In this document: piece after piece, positions 33,217 through 35,154 of the stretch
Numbering within the stretch: position 1 is the stretch's first letter
Layout of the letters: each line of letters begins with the position of its first letter
IMG/VR virus record: IMGVR_UViG_2913152634_000005
From: a virus
Taxonomy: Duplodnaviria; Heunggongvirae; Uroviricota; Caudoviricetes
DNA length: 35,154 nt
Direction: 5' to 3' (one strand)
Made by a program: the position numbers and the translations under genes
Notes under the pieces: model-generated
Told to the model about the DNA's origin: nothing
Databases searched by the model: none
Seen by the model: the letters and a program-made list of their open reading frames with translations, nothing else

Positions 33217-33378
33217 CTTCTTCCTCGTGCATCGAGCTATTCGGATCGCTCATAAGTTCTGCGCAACAGTGCTCACACACGTGAACTTCCAGCACATGCA
33301 GCTTCTGACCGCAGTTAGCGCACGTTAAAGCTCGCTCGACGCTTTCTTGTTCGTAACTTCGATTTTGGTCAATCACCT
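33213..33378 (-). CDS. ninF: NinF-like small zinc-ribbon protein
   Basis: Hand translation of the minus strand gives ...[41 protein letters not shown], stop overlapping the ninG start; below the ORF-track size cutoff. Confidence 0.55.
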
Positions 33379-33555
33379 TGTTTTCCTCGCACGTTCTCTA
33401 AGCCACCGGATATCCCACAGGTGAGCCGTGTAGTTGAAGGTTTTTACGTCAGATTCTTTTGGGATTGGCTTGCGTTTATTTCTGGAGCGTTTCGTTGGAA
33501 GGTATTTGCAGTTTTCGCAGATGATGTCGGTGAAACTTCGTCGCTGTCGTCTCAT
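33373..33555 (-). CDS. ninE: NinE
   Basis: 60 aa [60 protein letters not shown], lambda NinE-like. Confidence 0.75.
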   Translation of the reverse strand: MRRQRRSFTDIICENCKYLPTKRSRNKRKPIPKESDVKTFNYTAHLWDIRWLRERARKTR

Positions 33556-33962
33556 TCGTACCTCCTGTCGGTAAATCTGACACCCTGACCAATAGCCCAT
33601 GCTGTCGTGTACTCAATCAGACTTGCCATACGCTTCACACTCATCTGCGCGCTGCTTTCGCGAATGTTGACGCATTCGCCTTCAAGCCCGGGTAAAACAT
33701 CAGCTTCCTGTTTCGTTGCCACTGCATGACCGCTTATCAACAAAACCTTCCATTGTTCTGGTTTTAACCATTTGCCGCGCCACTGAACTTGCCTAGCGAT
33801 ATCTGCGACCATCGCGTGAAATTTTGCGTTCTGGTCAAGGTTGCGCTTGTAGTCAGTAATGCGGATGGTAACTGGCTTGTCTTTATCGAGTGGTGTTGCG
33901 AGGATGGCGTTGATTGCGGCTTGCTGTTGTTGCTTAGTTCGGAGGAAGATTGTTTGCTTCAT
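33552..33962 (-). CDS. ninB: NinB recombination protein
   Basis: 136 aa with lambda NinB-like pattern; stop overlaps the ninE start. Confidence 0.8.
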   Translation of the reverse strand: MKQTIFLRTKQQQQAAINAILATPLDKDKPVTIRITDYKRNLDQNAKFHAMVADIARQVQWRGKWLKPEQWKVLLISGHAVATKQEADVLPGLEGECVNIRESSAQMSVKRMASLIEYTTAWAIGQGVRFTDRRYE

Positions 33963-33969
33963 CGTTACC

Positions 33970-34176
33970 TCAACTCACAAAACGCCACGCCACTTTTGCT
34001 ACGACAACAGGCATAACACCGATAATCACCCACAGGAAAATGCTACCGAAAAGCACACCAACCAGGTCTTTACCTTCGCCTACCAGCCGGACAAAACTGC
34101 TGGCAACCACAATGAACGTCGCCACCATCCACATAGCACCGAGAATCCTCAATGCAGAAAAAATCAACTCAACCAC
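33970..34176 (-). CDS. hypothetical small membrane protein
   Basis: 68-aa ORF with two hydrophobic segments; preceded by a terminator-like hairpin at about 34205-34235. Confidence 0.35.
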   Translation of the reverse strand: MVELIFSALRILGAMWMVATFIVVASSFVRLVGEGKDLVGVLFGSIFLWVIIGVMPVVVAKVAWRFVS

Positions 34177-34248
34177 GATTTACTCTCCCCCAAATAAAAA
34201 GGCCTGCGATTACCAGCAGGCCTGTTACAAGCTCAGTGATGTAGATGG

Positions 34249-34539
34249 TCATCTTTTAACTCCATATACCGCCAATACCCGTTTCATCGCGGCACTCTGG
34301 CGACACTCCTTAAAAATTAGGTTCGTGCTCATCTTTCCTTCCCGTTCTTCCTTGGTAGCAAACCGGTAATACACCGTTCGCCAGACCTTACCTTCGATAA
34401 CCAGAAGACCTGCCCGTGCCATTTTAGCCGCGGCCTGATTTATGCTGGTTACTGTTGCGCCTGTTAGCGCGGCAACGTCCGGCGCACAGAAGCTATTATG
34501 CGTCCCCAGGTAATGAATAATTGCCTCTTTGCCCGTCAT
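34249..34539 (-). CDS. ren: Ren exclusion protein
   Basis: 96 aa near-identical to lambda Ren. Confidence 0.88.
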   Translation of the reverse strand: MTGKEAIIHYLGTHNSFCAPDVAALTGATVTSINQAAAKMARAGLLVIEGKVWRTVYYRFATKEEREGKMSTNLIFKECRQSAAMKRVLAVYGVKR

Positions 34540-34779
34540 ACACTTGCTCCTTTCAGTCCGAACTTAGCTTTGAGTTCTGCGATCTTCGCCAGAGCCTGTG
34601 CACGATTTAGAGGTCTACCGCCCATGACAGGAAGTTGTTTTACTGGTTCAGGGATCGCCTCACCACGGTTAATTCTCGCAGTCATATGGACAAGCTCATC
34701 TGCGGCCTTACGGCGTAATTCCGCATCAGTAAGCGCATTGGCCCGCATGTTCTGATACAGGTTGGTAACCAGCCAGTAG
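34536..34779 (-). pseudogene. P: replication protein P, 3' fragment truncated by IS911
   Basis: Translation ends ...NRAQALAKIAELKAKFGLKGASV as in lambda P; the reading frame runs into the IS911 terminal repeat at 34780. Confidence 0.8.

Positions 34780-35154
<375 letters not shown>

Overview
The window is a defective lambda-like prophage of an attaching/effacing E. coli-type host, read almost entirely on the minus strand. From high to low coordinates it runs: replication gene P (cut by IS911 at the window edge), ren, the nin region, Q, an AT-rich membrane-protein moron, a pinholin/SAR-endolysin/Rz/Rz1 lysis cassette, a Rha-family gene, cos, Nu1, A, W, B, C, D, E, FI, FII, Z, U, a truncated V, an IS3-family element, lom, a collagen-repeat side tail fibre, and a T3SS effector cassette (nleG-like, nleB2-like, nleC). 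The main finding is an ~11.4 kb integrative element (about 9450-20858) inserted inside major capsid gene E, splitting it into a 5' fragment (20828-21103) and a 3' fragment (8664-9449). The element has a P4-type tyrosine integrase, an AlpA-like excisionase, a primase/helicase pair, an iteron origin, SSB, its own lambda-E-like capsid and D-like decoration genes, a gpI-like gene and a cos-like site with a divergent cosN. It also carries two AT-rich candidate defence or toxin loci: a small ORF plus an Abi_C/HEPN protein (9574-10565), and an RHH protein plus an unknown 241-aa protein (18241-19185). The host prophage is further crippled by an IS that truncates V with loss of G through J, and by IS911 in P. 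All calls rest on reading the supplied ORF translations and sequence against remembered protein families; no database search was run.
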